From assembly GCA_051960375.1 (NCBI GenBank), contig JBQCEI010000648.1, positions 1 through 56,925 on the forward strand: 56,925 nucleotides of DNA, given 5' to 3'. A model generated the notes under the pieces. That model saw only the letters and a program-made list of their open reading frames with translations, searched no databases and was not told the DNA's origin. Shown here piece after piece: positions 30,119-41,246 of this stretch. Numbering within the stretch: position 1 is the stretch's first letter; every line of letters starts with the position of its first letter. Made by a program: the position numbers and the translations under genes. The stretch comes from Aureliella sp. (lineage in GTDB: Bacteria > Planctomycetota > Planctomycetia > Pirellulales > Pirellulaceae).

Positions 30119-32165
30119 GTGAACGACACGCGTGCCGACCTAAGCGAGCTACAAAGGCAGTCGCTCCAAAGCAGCTTTCTGGATCTGGAACGGCGGCTGA
30201 CGGATATCGAAGCGGCGATGTTCGCCGTTGAACATCGCAGTCCGCTCTCGAAGTACGACTTGGATCTCACACCGGTGGAAATGGGTGTCGTTCGCGACTA
30301 TTGCCAACGCATCCGAACGGCGATGCTTGATCTGCTCGCCGAACAGGAAATCGAGGTTCGGATACGCCGAGTTGGTCTGCGGTGGTCGCTGCTCACGCAC
30401 GCAGCTTACTTGCATGTCGCTGTCAGCGATATCTCCGCCGATCGGTTGAGGGGCTACGGTCCAGTCTCCGAACAAGGCAGGATCGCGGTTGACCGGCTAT
30501 CGCAACGACTCGATGTGCTGGTCGATCAGCTGGACTCGTTCTTACGTGAACGGCCCGACGACTTGAAGCGCCGTCTGGCCCATAGCAGCGCACCGGCCGA
30601 GCTGTCACGTATCGTGGCGACGACGGCAGAGATCGTCACGCGTCAAGGTTTGGTCGAGTACCGTCCAAAGCTCAATGCGCTCCTCGACCGTTTGGAACGG
30701 GCCGATCTCGAGATTGCTCTGTTTGGCCGGGTGAGCTCCGGCAAATCATCGCTGCTCAACCACATCGCGGGCACAGACGTTTTGCCGGTCGGTGTCACGC
30801 CGATCACCGCGGTGCCTACGCGGCTGACCTGGGGCGAGAGCCCGCTTGGCCGCATCGCGTTTGCCGAGTCGCCACCACGTCAAATCGACGTTGCGGAAGT
30901 CGCAGCCTTCGCCTCCGAGGAGAACAATCCTGGCAACATCAAACGCGTGACGCGCATCGAAGTCCAGATTCCTTCCGAGCGATTGCACAAAGGGGTCGTG
31001 TTTGTCGATACGCCGGGAGTGGGCTCTCTGGCCCGGCAAGGCAGCAGCGAGACGTTCGAGTATCTTCCGCGCTGCGACTTGGGAGTCGTCCTGATCGATG
31101 CCTCTTCTACGCTCAACGAGGACGACATCTTGCTGATCCATCGGCTCCGAGATTCAGGAGCGGCCGTCCAAGTCCTGCTGAGCAAGGTCGACCTTTTGTC
31201 TCCAGGCGGTCAGAAACGCATGGTTGATTATCTAGTCCAGCGATTGGCAGAGAGGTTCCAAGACGCGGTGCCGGTCTTCCCAGTGAGCGTCATGAAAGGT
31301 TATGAGGCGCTGTGGCAGCAATGGTTCGAACAGCAAGTCATGCCGAACCAGCGCGACCGCCAGAAGTTGGCTTCCCAATCGCTCTTCCGCAAAACGTTGC
31401 GACTGGTCGAAGCAGTCCGCGCAACACTCGACTCGCGTTTGAATAAGCGGGCATCGATCGGTAACACAGCCGAAGAGCATGTCGAACAAGTGCGTCAATT
31501 GCTTTCGCGCGGCGATGACGTGATTGGCGAATTGAACTTCCAAACGGTCCGCTGGCGAGACAAATTGAGAACCGCCGAAGAACAGGTTATTGAGCAAGTG
31601 GCTGGCAAGCTTGTCATGGGAACGTCGAGCCAAGGGTCCATGCAGGACGTTCTCTCCAGTACGCTCCAGCAGGTACTGCAAAAGCCGCTCGGAGCTGGTT
31701 CGAAAAATCGCCGTCGAAGCCAAGGCACGGCTTTCCGAAACGATTGGCCAGATCCATGCCGTTTCCGGCGCACCGGAAATCGATCCCGACGCGATCGAAG
31801 ATCTTTCGTTGCACAACCTGCCTGCTCCCGAGGAACCAGCATGGGACTCGGCGGTGCTGCCGGCAATTCCTTGGTGGAGCAGTCTCGCGCCCCCGATGGC
31901 ACGCTCGGTGATCACTCGGTCGCTGCGCGAGCGACTCGGCCCGCTCATGAACTCGGCGAGTGCCGACCACCACCGGGCGCTGGAACTTTGGCTGAAAACC
32001 GTCGCCACGCGCCTCCAGCAGACCTATGAAGCTCAAGTCGCTGCTTTGCGGACTCGAATACAGCGCGACACAGGTGAGAACAGCAGCTCCTCAGAAAGCC
32101 GCGACGCGATCCAGAGAGACCTGAAGATCCTCGACGAAATCATGTCGTCTTCGACGGTGGGATAG
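30119..32165 (+). CDS. Bacterial dynamin-like GTPase 1, split by a +1 frameshift at about 31680
   Basis: GTG after GAGG; G1 GRVSSGKS, G3 DTPG, G4 SKVD; helical C-terminus continues in ORF 31590..32165. Confidence 0.85.
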
Positions 32166-32232
32166 ACGTGAAGAAAGCCGAGAAGCGGTCCTCGCCTCAG
32201 CCACGGCCGGCTGCGCGGCGGAATTGTCATAC

Positions 32233-33858
32233 TCAAAACCGGCCGCTGGCTAGTCGGGCTAACGCATCGCGCAAACGCTCCGCCTCACTTGACTGCTGAT
32301 TGATGAGCCGAGTGAGCGTTTCCAGCTCCGCTACAACCCAGGCTTGAGCCTGCGTTCTCAAGTCCGCAATAGCAGCATCCGTGGCTGCCGTCCAGTCGCT
32401 GGTAAGCCGGTGAAGGTTTTTCTCGACCTCGCTAGGTACTCTTCGGAGCAGCTGTCGGCGAAATAATCCGCCGACCCATTGCATCGGTAGTAACCACCAG
32501 ATCACTTCCCAGTTGGTCATGAACGGATGGCTGATGGAGACCGGCATGACGGTAAGTTCGGGGCGATTGGGCTCCCAAGACACGGACGAAACCGCAGTGC
32601 CCGTTTCTCGATGAATATTGCGAGTGATTCGATCGCGGAACGATTCGAGGACACGGCGGAATTGGACCTCGGCGCGCGCCAGCAAGTCGCTGGCTGAGTG
32701 TAGGGCCTCGCCCGAGAGATCGGCTAGTTCCTTTCGTAGCGCATCGCTCATCCATACGCGATACTGCTCGACCTGCTGCAACAAGTTCCCTTGCCACTGC
32801 CTGCTTTCAGCGTCCAAATGCTCGCGCACGCGGCGCTGGATGGCGCCCGACTGAGCGAAAAACAAGGACTCGAAAGTTGGCCTGGTGCCCCTGCGCACCC
32901 GCTGCTCTGCAGAGGCCAGCTCATCGCGAATCATCGATACGCTCACCGATTCGGTAAAAATGGCGTCGCGAATCCGGGCGCGTTCGTCGTCACTCCGCTC
33001 GGCCGCTTGCAAGGCGATCCTCAGATAGCTCTGGCAAGCGGCCGCGGCCGCCTCCAGCTTCACCGTCAATGAGCGTTCTCGCTCGGCGCTGATATTTTCG
33101 ACGATCGGATCGATGACCTGCTGGCGAAGCTGCGACACGTAACGCTGCGTATCGACGCGCGCCGAAAAGGGCAGCACGGGTATTTCGCCACCGAATTGCT
33201 CCTCTAACGCGCGCTCTACAAATCGAGTCACTTCAACGAGCGCACTCACTGGCAGCAGGTCGACTTTGGTGAGGACTACCACCACTCGCGAGGCAGTTTT
33301 GTGCGCGTCGGCTACCAAGCTGCGGTCTTCTTCGGAAAAAGGCCTTTCGGCACTGACTGCGACGAGGGCCGCTGACGCGCTGGGCAACCACTGCCGCGTG
33401 GCCTCGGTGTTGTGAGCGAACACGCTTCCCAGTCCCGGCGTATCGACAAAACGCAAGCCTGACCAGGCGCTAAGCTCGGGCAGGAACAAATCGACCAAAG
33501 CCACTTGCTTTCGATTGTCGGGGTTGCCAGCCTCGGTCACGAACTCGGGCAGGTGGGCGAAGTCAGCCGGCTCAACCGAGCCATCGACGTGCGTGACGCG
33601 AATGGGTTGCTCTGATCCGGCACTTACGCGAGTGACGACCGCGGTAACCGGCAAGACGCCGACGGGAAACAATGGCTGCCCGAGCAGCGTGTTGAGCAGC
33701 GTCGACTTGCCAGATTTGAACTGCCCCAGAACGGCAATATCGATCGCCCCTTCACGCCCAAGCTCGGCACATGCTCGTAGCGTCGAGTCGAGCGACGCCA
33801 GGCCGAACTGAGCGGCATACTGGGTGAGGAGGTTTAACTGCCGAACGTGCAGATCCAT
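32233..33858 (-). CDS. Bacterial dynamin-like GTPase 2
   Basis: G1 GQFKSGKS, P.GVLPVT, DTPG, TKVD; WWLLPMQW paddle-like segment. Confidence 0.9.
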   Translation of the reverse strand: MDLHVRQLNLLTQYAAQFGLASLDSTLRACAELGREGAIDIAVLGQFKSGKSTLLNTLLGQPLFPVGVLPVTAVVTRVSAGSEQPIRVTHVDGSVEPADFAHLPEFVTEAGNPDNRKQVALVDLFLPELSAWSGLRFVDTPGLGSVFAHNTEATRQWLPSASAALVAVSAERPFSEEDRSLVADAHKTASRVVVVLTKVDLLPVSALVEVTRFVERALEEQFGGEIPVLPFSARVDTQRYVSQLRQQVIDPIVENISAERERSLTVKLEAAAAACQSYLRIALQAAERSDDERARIRDAIFTESVSVSMIRDELASAEQRVRRGTRPTFESLFFAQSGAIQRRVREHLDAESRQWQGNLLQQVEQYRVWMSDALRKELADLSGEALHSASDLLARAEVQFRRVLESFRDRITRNIHRETGTAVSSVSWEPNRPELTVMPVSISHPFMTNWEVIWWLLPMQWVGGLFRRQLLRRVPSEVEKNLHRLTSDWTAATDAAIADLRTQAQAWVVAELETLTRLINQQSSEAERLRDALARLASGRF

Positions 33859-33860
33859 GG

Positions 33861-35186
<1,326 letters not shown>

Positions 35187-35400
35187 CTAATCCAGATCAA
35201 CGATTTCTCCGCCTGCCCGGGTCGACAGGCACTGATAGACGCGGAACTCGAGCTGTTCGGCTATGAGCCTGACAGAGCCATCCGCGATGAGGAAGTTGGA
35301 ATAGCCGAAGTGCGGAGCAGAAACGTCGCGATCGTCCGAGTAGGGGCTGTTGGGAGTATGTCCGGTCTGGAAAAGGACCATGTGGCCATGGTCGTCGGTT
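35187..35400 (-). pseudogene. C-terminal remnant of a DUF1559 (H-X9-DG) protein
   Basis: SAPHFGYSNFLIADGSVRLI...YQCLSTRAGGEIV*; N-terminal prepilin part absent; family typical of Planctomycetes. Confidence 0.7.
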
Positions 35401-36434
35401 ACCGCAGGTAAACACTTAACTTCGCCTCTATCCGCCGAGCCTGAACATGCCAAACCAGCCGGAGTATTGTGGATTCGGCGGCAAAGCCATGCAAGTCGCT
35501 GGATCAGCCCAGGCACAATTGGTCATTCCGACAGTTTAGCGAGTAAGAGCTAAGCAATACCATCCTGCGTAAGTTGCATGCTGACAGCTGGTATTGCCTC
35601 GCCGTCAAGCTGGGTCCGTGCAACCAGAAAAGGATTGTGTGGCCCAACAACCGCGTGGGGGAGTGCCGTGCTTTTGCCCCGCTGGTAAGCTCAAGGCTTT
35701 CTAACCTGTAATATTCCGCCGCTTAGCGTGCATACATGCTAGAGCCGCACGAGAACTGGAGATGAGGTTGGCCGATCGCTCACACGAAACAACGGACTTA
35801 ACGCGTCTATCGGACGAGGAGCTAATGGAACGACTCCGCCAAGTGACCGAGGCAGTTGCCGCTCGTTCGAGTCGCGCAGAAAGGTGACGCAACAACTGAA
35901 CAGGATGAAAAGGATCCCAACATTTCCGAGCAAGCAATCCATATGGGCGAGTCGCAAAGTCAAGCGACCGAGCTCAGACAATTTTAGCGACGGCTAAGTT
36001 GCTCAGGCAAAAGAAGTGGCTGCCAGCCAACGTTGATGCTTACGCCCGAGTACGCACCTAGGCGACTGGCAGCCGTGTGCCCAGCCGAACAGCGCGGCAG
36101 CCCCTCAGCGACCGTACCGCGACGACCGAACGCGGGCATACTAGCAACCCATTGGGCACGATACTACACGCGAGAATACGATGTGGCAATATGCCACATC
36201 CGAGCCGCCTGATCAGTCCCGATTTACTAACAGCTGTCCAATGTAGAGTTGGCGTGCCGCAAGCTCACAATTGACGAGACGATCGCAACAACCGACTTGG
36301 ATTCCGACCCGCCTTCAACAGTTGCTATCCCTGCCTTGGCAACGGTTGTTGCATTGGATCCCCTCTGCAGCTTTTGGTCAGCAAAGTGCGCGGAAAACCA
36401 GTGCCCAGTTGCGTGCCTGCCGGTGTCCATCGGT

Positions 36435-37025
36435 TTACACAGCCTCGAAATCGAACTTGGCAAGTGACTCTTCAAGGAAGTCGACGGCGCTGTCGGATTG
36501 CGACCGCAGTGGGTTCCACGGCTTGGGCCAGCAGATGTACTTGCCGCCCATCTCGGCAACGCCTTGGCAGTTGTCCCACCGGTCGTCGATCAGCAGCTTG
36601 CCTGGGGCAGTCGCCAGTGCCTTCACAGGCGTGATCGACCACTGGCGGTGCATGAACTTCGGCAGGTGTTTCTTGATCCAGCGGACCTTGTAGGCGAGCG
36701 AGAAGTCATCAAGCGTGCAGGCGGTCGCGATGACCACTCTGCTTTCGCCCACGAGCGACACGCATTTTTCGATAAGCTGGTCGCAGATCTCGGACTTCGG
36801 GATTTCCTCCCAGAAGTCGCTTGGAATTGCATCCCAGAATTCGCGCTCGCTATACTGCGACCCTCGGGCGAAATTGACTGCCCCAACGACATCCCACTCG
36901 AATCGTGGGTTGTACCAGTTGAGGTCATCGCTGAATCGGATCTGGATGCCGAAGAACTTGGCTAGACTCGCGGTGCAGCAGTTCAACAGGTCATCCATGT
37001 CCAAGAAGATAGTGTTGATTTTCAC
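36435..37025 (-). CDS. HAD-superfamily 5'(3')-deoxyribonucleotidase
   Basis: IFLDMDD motif I, K..W, LLIDD motif IV, PWN. Confidence 0.85.
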   Translation of the reverse strand: MKINTIFLDMDDLLNCCTASLAKFFGIQIRFSDDLNWYNPRFEWDVVGAVNFARGSQYSEREFWDAIPSDFWEEIPKSEICDQLIEKCVSLVGESRVVIATACTLDDFSLAYKVRWIKKHLPKFMHRQWSITPVKALATAPGKLLIDDRWDNCQGVAEMGGKYICWPKPWNPLRSQSDSAVDFLEESLAKFDFEAV

Positions 37026-37669
37026 TTCAGCGCAAGCCTCTCCATAATCCCGACCGCGTGCTGGTCAGCGCCCAGTACTTTCCGCAGCTCGTCGCAGGCA
37101 ACATTTGCGTGCCACATCGACTTGCCGAGCTGAACCACTGAGACGCCGATCGATTGAGCAGCCTTCTCCGCTTCGCGATCGGTCGCTCGTAGAACGAGGT
37201 TGGCCTCGACACGCTGTGCCACGCTCATGATGACCTTGGCTTCGTACTCGCGCAGTTGGATTTCGAAAAAAGTCGCGACTCGCGGGTTCGTCTGGATCAG
37301 CTTCCGATACTGGGCCAGTATCGCCTCATACGAAGGGTGGGCGAAGTTGACCAGTTTGTAGCCATCGGCGAACATTCGCTGGATGATATGGAACGCGCTG
37401 AACTGCTCGGGTGGTACTCGCTGATCGAGCGAGTCGAGCAGCTGCGGCACCATGCTCTCGCCGGCCTTGCGCAGCAGCAATCGGACGGTGTTGTGGAGGT
37501 GCGGTAGCGTCATCTTGTTGATGGCAAAAACTTCGCCGCTGCGCGTTTTCCATTGCTTTGTGTGGTCGATGCCTGCTTTTGGACTGAAGAAAATTGCGAG
37601 GAAGATTCGGAGAAGCATGTTGAACATGGTGCTGCTTGCTGGTCGCTTTGGAGATGGGTTTAGAATCAT
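37022..37669 (-). CDS. Phage hypothetical protein (start 37669 or 37627)
   Basis: WKTRSG...INKM...HLHN; 4-nt overlaps with neighbours. Confidence 0.7.
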   Translation of the reverse strand: MILNPSPKRPASSTMFNMLLRIFLAIFFSPKAGIDHTKQWKTRSGEVFAINKMTLPHLHNTVRLLLRKAGESMVPQLLDSLDQRVPPEQFSAFHIIQRMFADGYKLVNFAHPSYEAILAQYRKLIQTNPRVATFFEIQLREYEAKVIMSVAQRVEANLVLRATDREAEKAAQSIGVSVVQLGKSMWHANVACDELRKVLGADQHAVGIMERLALK

Positions 37670-37860
37670 AGGTTGCGGCCGCGCAGGGCTCGCGGATGCA
37701 TCGGCGAGTAACCGCCGACTCGTGCGGTCGGTGCTTTGTCCCAGCTTTGCCGAAGCTTGCCGCCGCAATCAGGACACTCTTGCCGAGGGCCCTCGGCAGT
37801 TCCGCGAAATTCTTCGTGCTCGCGGCGGCAGTCTTTGCAGGTCTGCTTGTGTAACGGCAT
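37666..37860 (-). CDS. FmdB-like zinc-ribbon protein
   Basis: MP.....CKDC...F.........CPDCGG. Confidence 0.75.
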   Translation of the reverse strand: MPLHKQTCKDCRREHEEFRGTAEGPRQECPDCGGKLRQSWDKAPTARVGGYSPMHPRALRGRNL

Positions 37861-37875
37861 AGTCGTAAGTGAGTC

Positions 37876-38124
37876 CTACTTGGGTTGCGACAACACGACG
37901 GCGTTCTTCGTGTTGCTCAGGACCTTCTTGCGTTGACGAACGTCGACCGGGTCGTAACCTTCGACCTTGTCGCCGCTGATCGCTTGAACGAGCAGCTTGC
38001 TCAGCCACATGCTGCCCTTTTTGCGAACGGCGTGAGCAACGGTCGCACCAACCTGGATCGGCGTGCCGAATGCATCGGTAGGGGCGGACTCTTGCGAAGG
38101 AGGTTCGGCTGCTATGGAACTCAT
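37876..38124 (-). CDS. Phage hypothetical protein
   Basis: GGAG before ATG; DAFGTPIQVGATV; first gene after motif copy 1. Confidence 0.65.
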   Translation of the reverse strand: MSSIAAEPPSQESAPTDAFGTPIQVGATVAHAVRKKGSMWLSKLLVQAISGDKVEGYDPVDVRQRKKVLSNTKNAVVLSQPK

Positions 38125-38189
38125 GAACGAAAACTCCAAGAGGTGAAACAGTAATCTTCAGGTTTACGGCGATCAGCCGCCTCTAGTTG

Positions 38190-38221
38190 GTAACCACCGC
38201 TCGATACGCGAGGTGGCCTAG
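38190..38221 (-). promoter_or_regulatory. Phage 32-bp motif, copy 1
   Basis: CTAGGCCACCTCGCGTATCGAGCGGTGGTTAC. Confidence 0.8.
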
Positions 38222-38242
38222 AATTCTTGGGATGTTTTCGGA

Positions 38243-38686
38243 CTATCCTTGCAGCTCAGCCCTGGCAGCCTCAAACTTCGCCTGCAGCATCGCGAGGTAA
38301 TTGCTTGCGTCGTACAGGTCCTTGTCGCGCTTCTCATTGTTTGCCCGGCGGGCCGCTCGCTTGGTCAGCTGCTCGACCCACGTGGCGAGCTCGATGAACG
38401 ACATGTCCTTCCAGGCTTCCGGCTTGAAGTCAGGCTGGTGCTTTGCGACCGCCGGCGGGGTGTTCGTGACCAAGTCGACTCGCACCTGGTCAAGGATCTG
38501 CGCAAACGCCTCGCACAAATCAGGGTCCATAACCTTGTGTTGCGTGCGGTCGGAGCACCAGGCACGCGCGGCAATCTGACGTGCCCAAGGCGTTGTGTTA
38601 GGTGGTTGGTACGCTCCGCATGGCGGCTCAGCTCGGCAGCAGTTCACCGGCGGGCGGGCGTTCTCTTGTGCATTCGCGTCGTTCAC
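38243..38686 (-). CDS. Phage hypothetical protein; C-terminus resembles an all-alpha NTP pyrophosphatase helix
   Basis: GTG overlaps MTase stop; KDLYDASNYLAML. Confidence 0.6.
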   Translation of the reverse strand: MNDANAQENARPPVNCCRAEPPCGAYQPPNTTPWARQIAARAWCSDRTQHKVMDPDLCEAFAQILDQVRVDLVTNTPPAVAKHQPDFKPEAWKDMSFIELATWVEQLTKRAARRANNEKRDKDLYDASNYLAMLQAKFEAARAELQG

Positions 38687-39396
38687 TTGATGTACTCCAG
38701 GTCGGGGTGTTCTTCGAAGATCTTTTCTGCGTAGGTTTTGCTCTTCTCGATCAGCGTGCATTGACGACCGATCGACTTGCACACGCGAAGAGTCGTGCCT
38801 GTTCCGCCGAAGCAGTCCAAGACTCGATCGCCCTCGCGGGTTGTCAGTTTGAGGCAACGTTCAACCAGTCCTTCGTGCAGTTGCGTCGGGTGATGCCTGC
38901 GTCTCTGCTTGCTGTTGCCGGTTACTCGCGGGAAGTCGAACACGTCGAGCGGCACGCAGCCTCGCCGGTCCGCTCGCTTGTCACCGTTCAACTTTCTCCA
39001 GCTCGGCACCCGGATCTGATCGGGGTACAGCTTCATTTCCGCACGGGATAGCCTCCACAGCGGCCGGTGTCCGTTGCCTAGGTCAGTGCGTCGGTTCTGC
39101 CCGAAGGTGAACGTCTGCACGCAGGGCTTCACCTCGCAAGGCAGCATGGCGACCACGCCAGCCATCGGGATCGTGTGGATGGCATTGAATGACCACCACA
39201 CCACAGGCGACACGTCGAGCAAGAAGGAGAGGACTGCTTTGCACCAGCCGTAGTAGTCGTCGAACTTGTCTTCGAATCCGTCGTACTTCAGCCCGATGTC
39301 GTCAGGCGGGTCCGCAAACACAGTGTCGAACTCCTCGCTAGCCTCGCGTTCACGAAGCCAGTCCAGACAGTCGGCGTTGATTAGTCGATGGGTCAT
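38683..39396 (-). CDS. N6A/N4C DNA methyltransferase-like protein (beta class), DPPD variant
   Basis: INADCL, FADPPD, HPTQ, VLDCFGGTGTT; ATGA overlap with GNAT. Confidence 0.85.
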   Translation of the reverse strand: MTHRLINADCLDWLREREASEEFDTVFADPPDDIGLKYDGFEDKFDDYYGWCKAVLSFLLDVSPVVWWSFNAIHTIPMAGVVAMLPCEVKPCVQTFTFGQNRRTDLGNGHRPLWRLSRAEMKLYPDQIRVPSWRKLNGDKRADRRGCVPLDVFDFPRVTGNSKQRRRHHPTQLHEGLVERCLKLTTREGDRVLDCFGGTGTTLRVCKSIGRQCTLIEKSKTYAEKIFEEHPDLEYIK

Positions 39397-39899
39397 GGAA
39401 CTTGTAGCTTGAACTCGTAGATGTCCCAGTAGTTGGCGTAGTGGTAGAGGGCGCCGCGCTCGATCTCGCCGGTCCGCACGAATCCAACCTTGTCGAGCCA
39501 ATCTGCAATGTGTTGGTGAGGGTCAAGCGGGTCGAGGTAGTATTCGGGGATCGATGCGCGAATCTGTGTCCGTCCCAGGTTGCGGGCAACGTGAAACACG
39601 TCGTCCAGCATTTGGTCGGTGAAGTGATTACGTCGGAAACGAGGTACGACACCTAGCTTCACGAGCTGGTAGCAGCCTTTCGAGCTGGGCGTCTGTCGCT
39701 CTTCGTAAACCGATGGAGTGCGGCCGACCCATAGGCCTGCTCTGTCGCCTTCTTTGAGATAGTAGCGCACGTCGAATCCCTTCATCGCGACAACCTCCTC
39801 CCAGTCCTCGGCATCCCAGGGAAATGGGAAGCATTTGATGTCGGCGACATGCAGGGAGATCACGTCAGTCTGCACCGCTGTGCGGCCGTGAAAGTACAT
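39393..39899 (-). CDS. GNAT-family (RimI-like) acyltransferase, divergent
   Basis: CFPFPW, LVKLGVVPRFRR, WLDKVGF. Confidence 0.6.
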   Translation of the reverse strand: MYFHGRTAVQTDVISLHVADIKCFPFPWDAEDWEEVVAMKGFDVRYYLKEGDRAGLWVGRTPSVYEERQTPSSKGCYQLVKLGVVPRFRRNHFTDQMLDDVFHVARNLGRTQIRASIPEYYLDPLDPHQHIADWLDKVGFVRTGEIERGALYHYANYWDIYEFKLQVP

Positions 39900-39904
39900 C
39901 GCGC

Positions 39905-40897
39905 TTACTTGCCTCTGAACGTCGGCCGCACGAACTGGTTGAAGTGGTCGTCAGGATTCTCCGCCATCGACTGAGCCTGGGCGTTCATGAGATTGAAGCG
40001 TTTGACGCTTTCTTCTTTGCTCAGCTCGGGATAAACGTGTTCGTTCTGAATCGCGGTCCAGCACTTCTGATATCGCTTGAGCAACAGCTCTTGGAACGGC
40101 TTGCGAACACGGGAGGCGAAATGGCTGAACCGCAGCAGTGGTCGCGCCGCAGGCAGCGGCTTGGCGACTACCTGATGGATGACCAGCACCACGTCCTCAC
40201 TACCGATCGGTTCACCCAGGCACCAACCGTAGCCAGCCAGCTGCGACGCCCATGCTTCATTGGCGTCTTCGAGATAGCTCTCGCTGATCGTGCCAACGCC
40301 GAGGACCTCGACAGGCTTGAAGTCGCCGTGCGAGGTGTTGTGACTGCGGCTCTGCTTCTCAGCCTTGTAACCATCGAGGCACAGCTGGTAACCGGGGTTC
40401 GGCGACACTGCTGAATTGCTGCAGTAACCGTTAACCTTCCAGTCCAGCACGAGCCGCTTTCCGTTCGGCAGCTTCGCATAGCCGTCAGGCTTGCCCAGCA
40501 AAGGCACGCCGCCGACTTCTCTCTTAACGGTGAATTCGAACTGCGGCTCTTGGATCGCGGTGTCGAGGATCATTGTCAGCAGGTCGAACATGCCGCTGAT
40601 CTTGTAGCAATCGAAGACGTAGTCGCCTGCTTCGCGAGCGAAGTCGCGGTTGTGCTCTTCGACCTGTGCTTCAAACAGCGCCTCGTAGCTGTATTTCTCC
40701 GGCATGTAGCCAGGACCATAGTAACGTTCGTAGAGCACAGACTTGGTGCGAGCATCGAATGCAGAGCCAACGCTCGCCGGCTTGCCTTGCTTCTCGCGCG
40801 GCGGTCGGCGGTCGGCGAGGTACTTGAGGATGAACTCGTCAATGTCTGACTCAAACTGGCTCAGTGCTGAGAAGGACAGATACTCGGGAATACGCAT
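39905..40897 (-). CDS. PD-(D/E)XK exonuclease
   Basis: YLSFSAL, GSAFD, GKPDG, LDWK, QLAGY. Confidence 0.8.
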   Translation of the reverse strand: MRIPEYLSFSALSQFESDIDEFILKYLADRRPPREKQGKPASVGSAFDARTKSVLYERYYGPGYMPEKYSYEALFEAQVEEHNRDFAREAGDYVFDCYKISGMFDLLTMILDTAIQEPQFEFTVKREVGGVPLLGKPDGYAKLPNGKRLVLDWKVNGYCSNSAVSPNPGYQLCLDGYKAEKQSRSHNTSHGDFKPVEVLGVGTISESYLEDANEAWASQLAGYGWCLGEPIGSEDVVLVIHQVVAKPLPAARPLLRFSHFASRVRKPFQELLLKRYQKCWTAIQNEHVYPELSKEESVKRFNLMNAQAQSMAENPDDHFNQFVRPTFRGK

Positions 40898-41000
40898 GCT
40901 GTTTCTCGAAGGTTGAAAAAGAAGCAGACACCTAAAGTTGGGGGCCTGTTGTGCCTTTTGCGTGTCAAAACCTCTGTCAAACCATGAATCGACTGGTTTT

Positions 41001-41246
41001 CTACTGAAGTGACTCGAGAGTGATTCGAGCAACGGGCACCCAGAGGTGCCAACACTGCTGAACTAGCTTGTCGATCGCTTGCTCACGTACTTCATTGCTT
41101 AACTTGAAGTGCGAGTATTGCCCCATCGCGTAAGTCCGACACAGCTGATGCGCCAGCAACACTTCGTTGCTGGTTTGTTTTGCTGCGTCTCGCGACGTGT
41201 TCTTGGCTGCATTGCCGAATTCGCTGTCGTCGTTCCAGCGGACCAC
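41001..41246 (-). CDS. Phage hypothetical protein
   Basis: GTG overlaps ligase stop; fills the gap on the coding strand. Confidence 0.5.
   Translation of the reverse strand: MVRWNDDSEFGNAAKNTSRDAAKQTSNEVLLAHQLCRTYAMGQYSHFKLSNEVREQAIDKLVQQCWHLWVPVARITLESLQ

Noticed and set aside
32490-32499. GTAACCACCA resembling the phage motif core
   Set aside because: Inside a dynamin CDS (WWLL codons); no second half
35762-35887. 41-aa ORF with DLTRLSDEELMERL (ECF sigma or terminase-like)
   Set aside because: Too short and ambiguous to assign
36018-36075. GGCTGCCAG/CTGGCAGCC inverted repeat as att site or IS end
   Set aside because: Single short repeat with no transposase, integrase or target duplication
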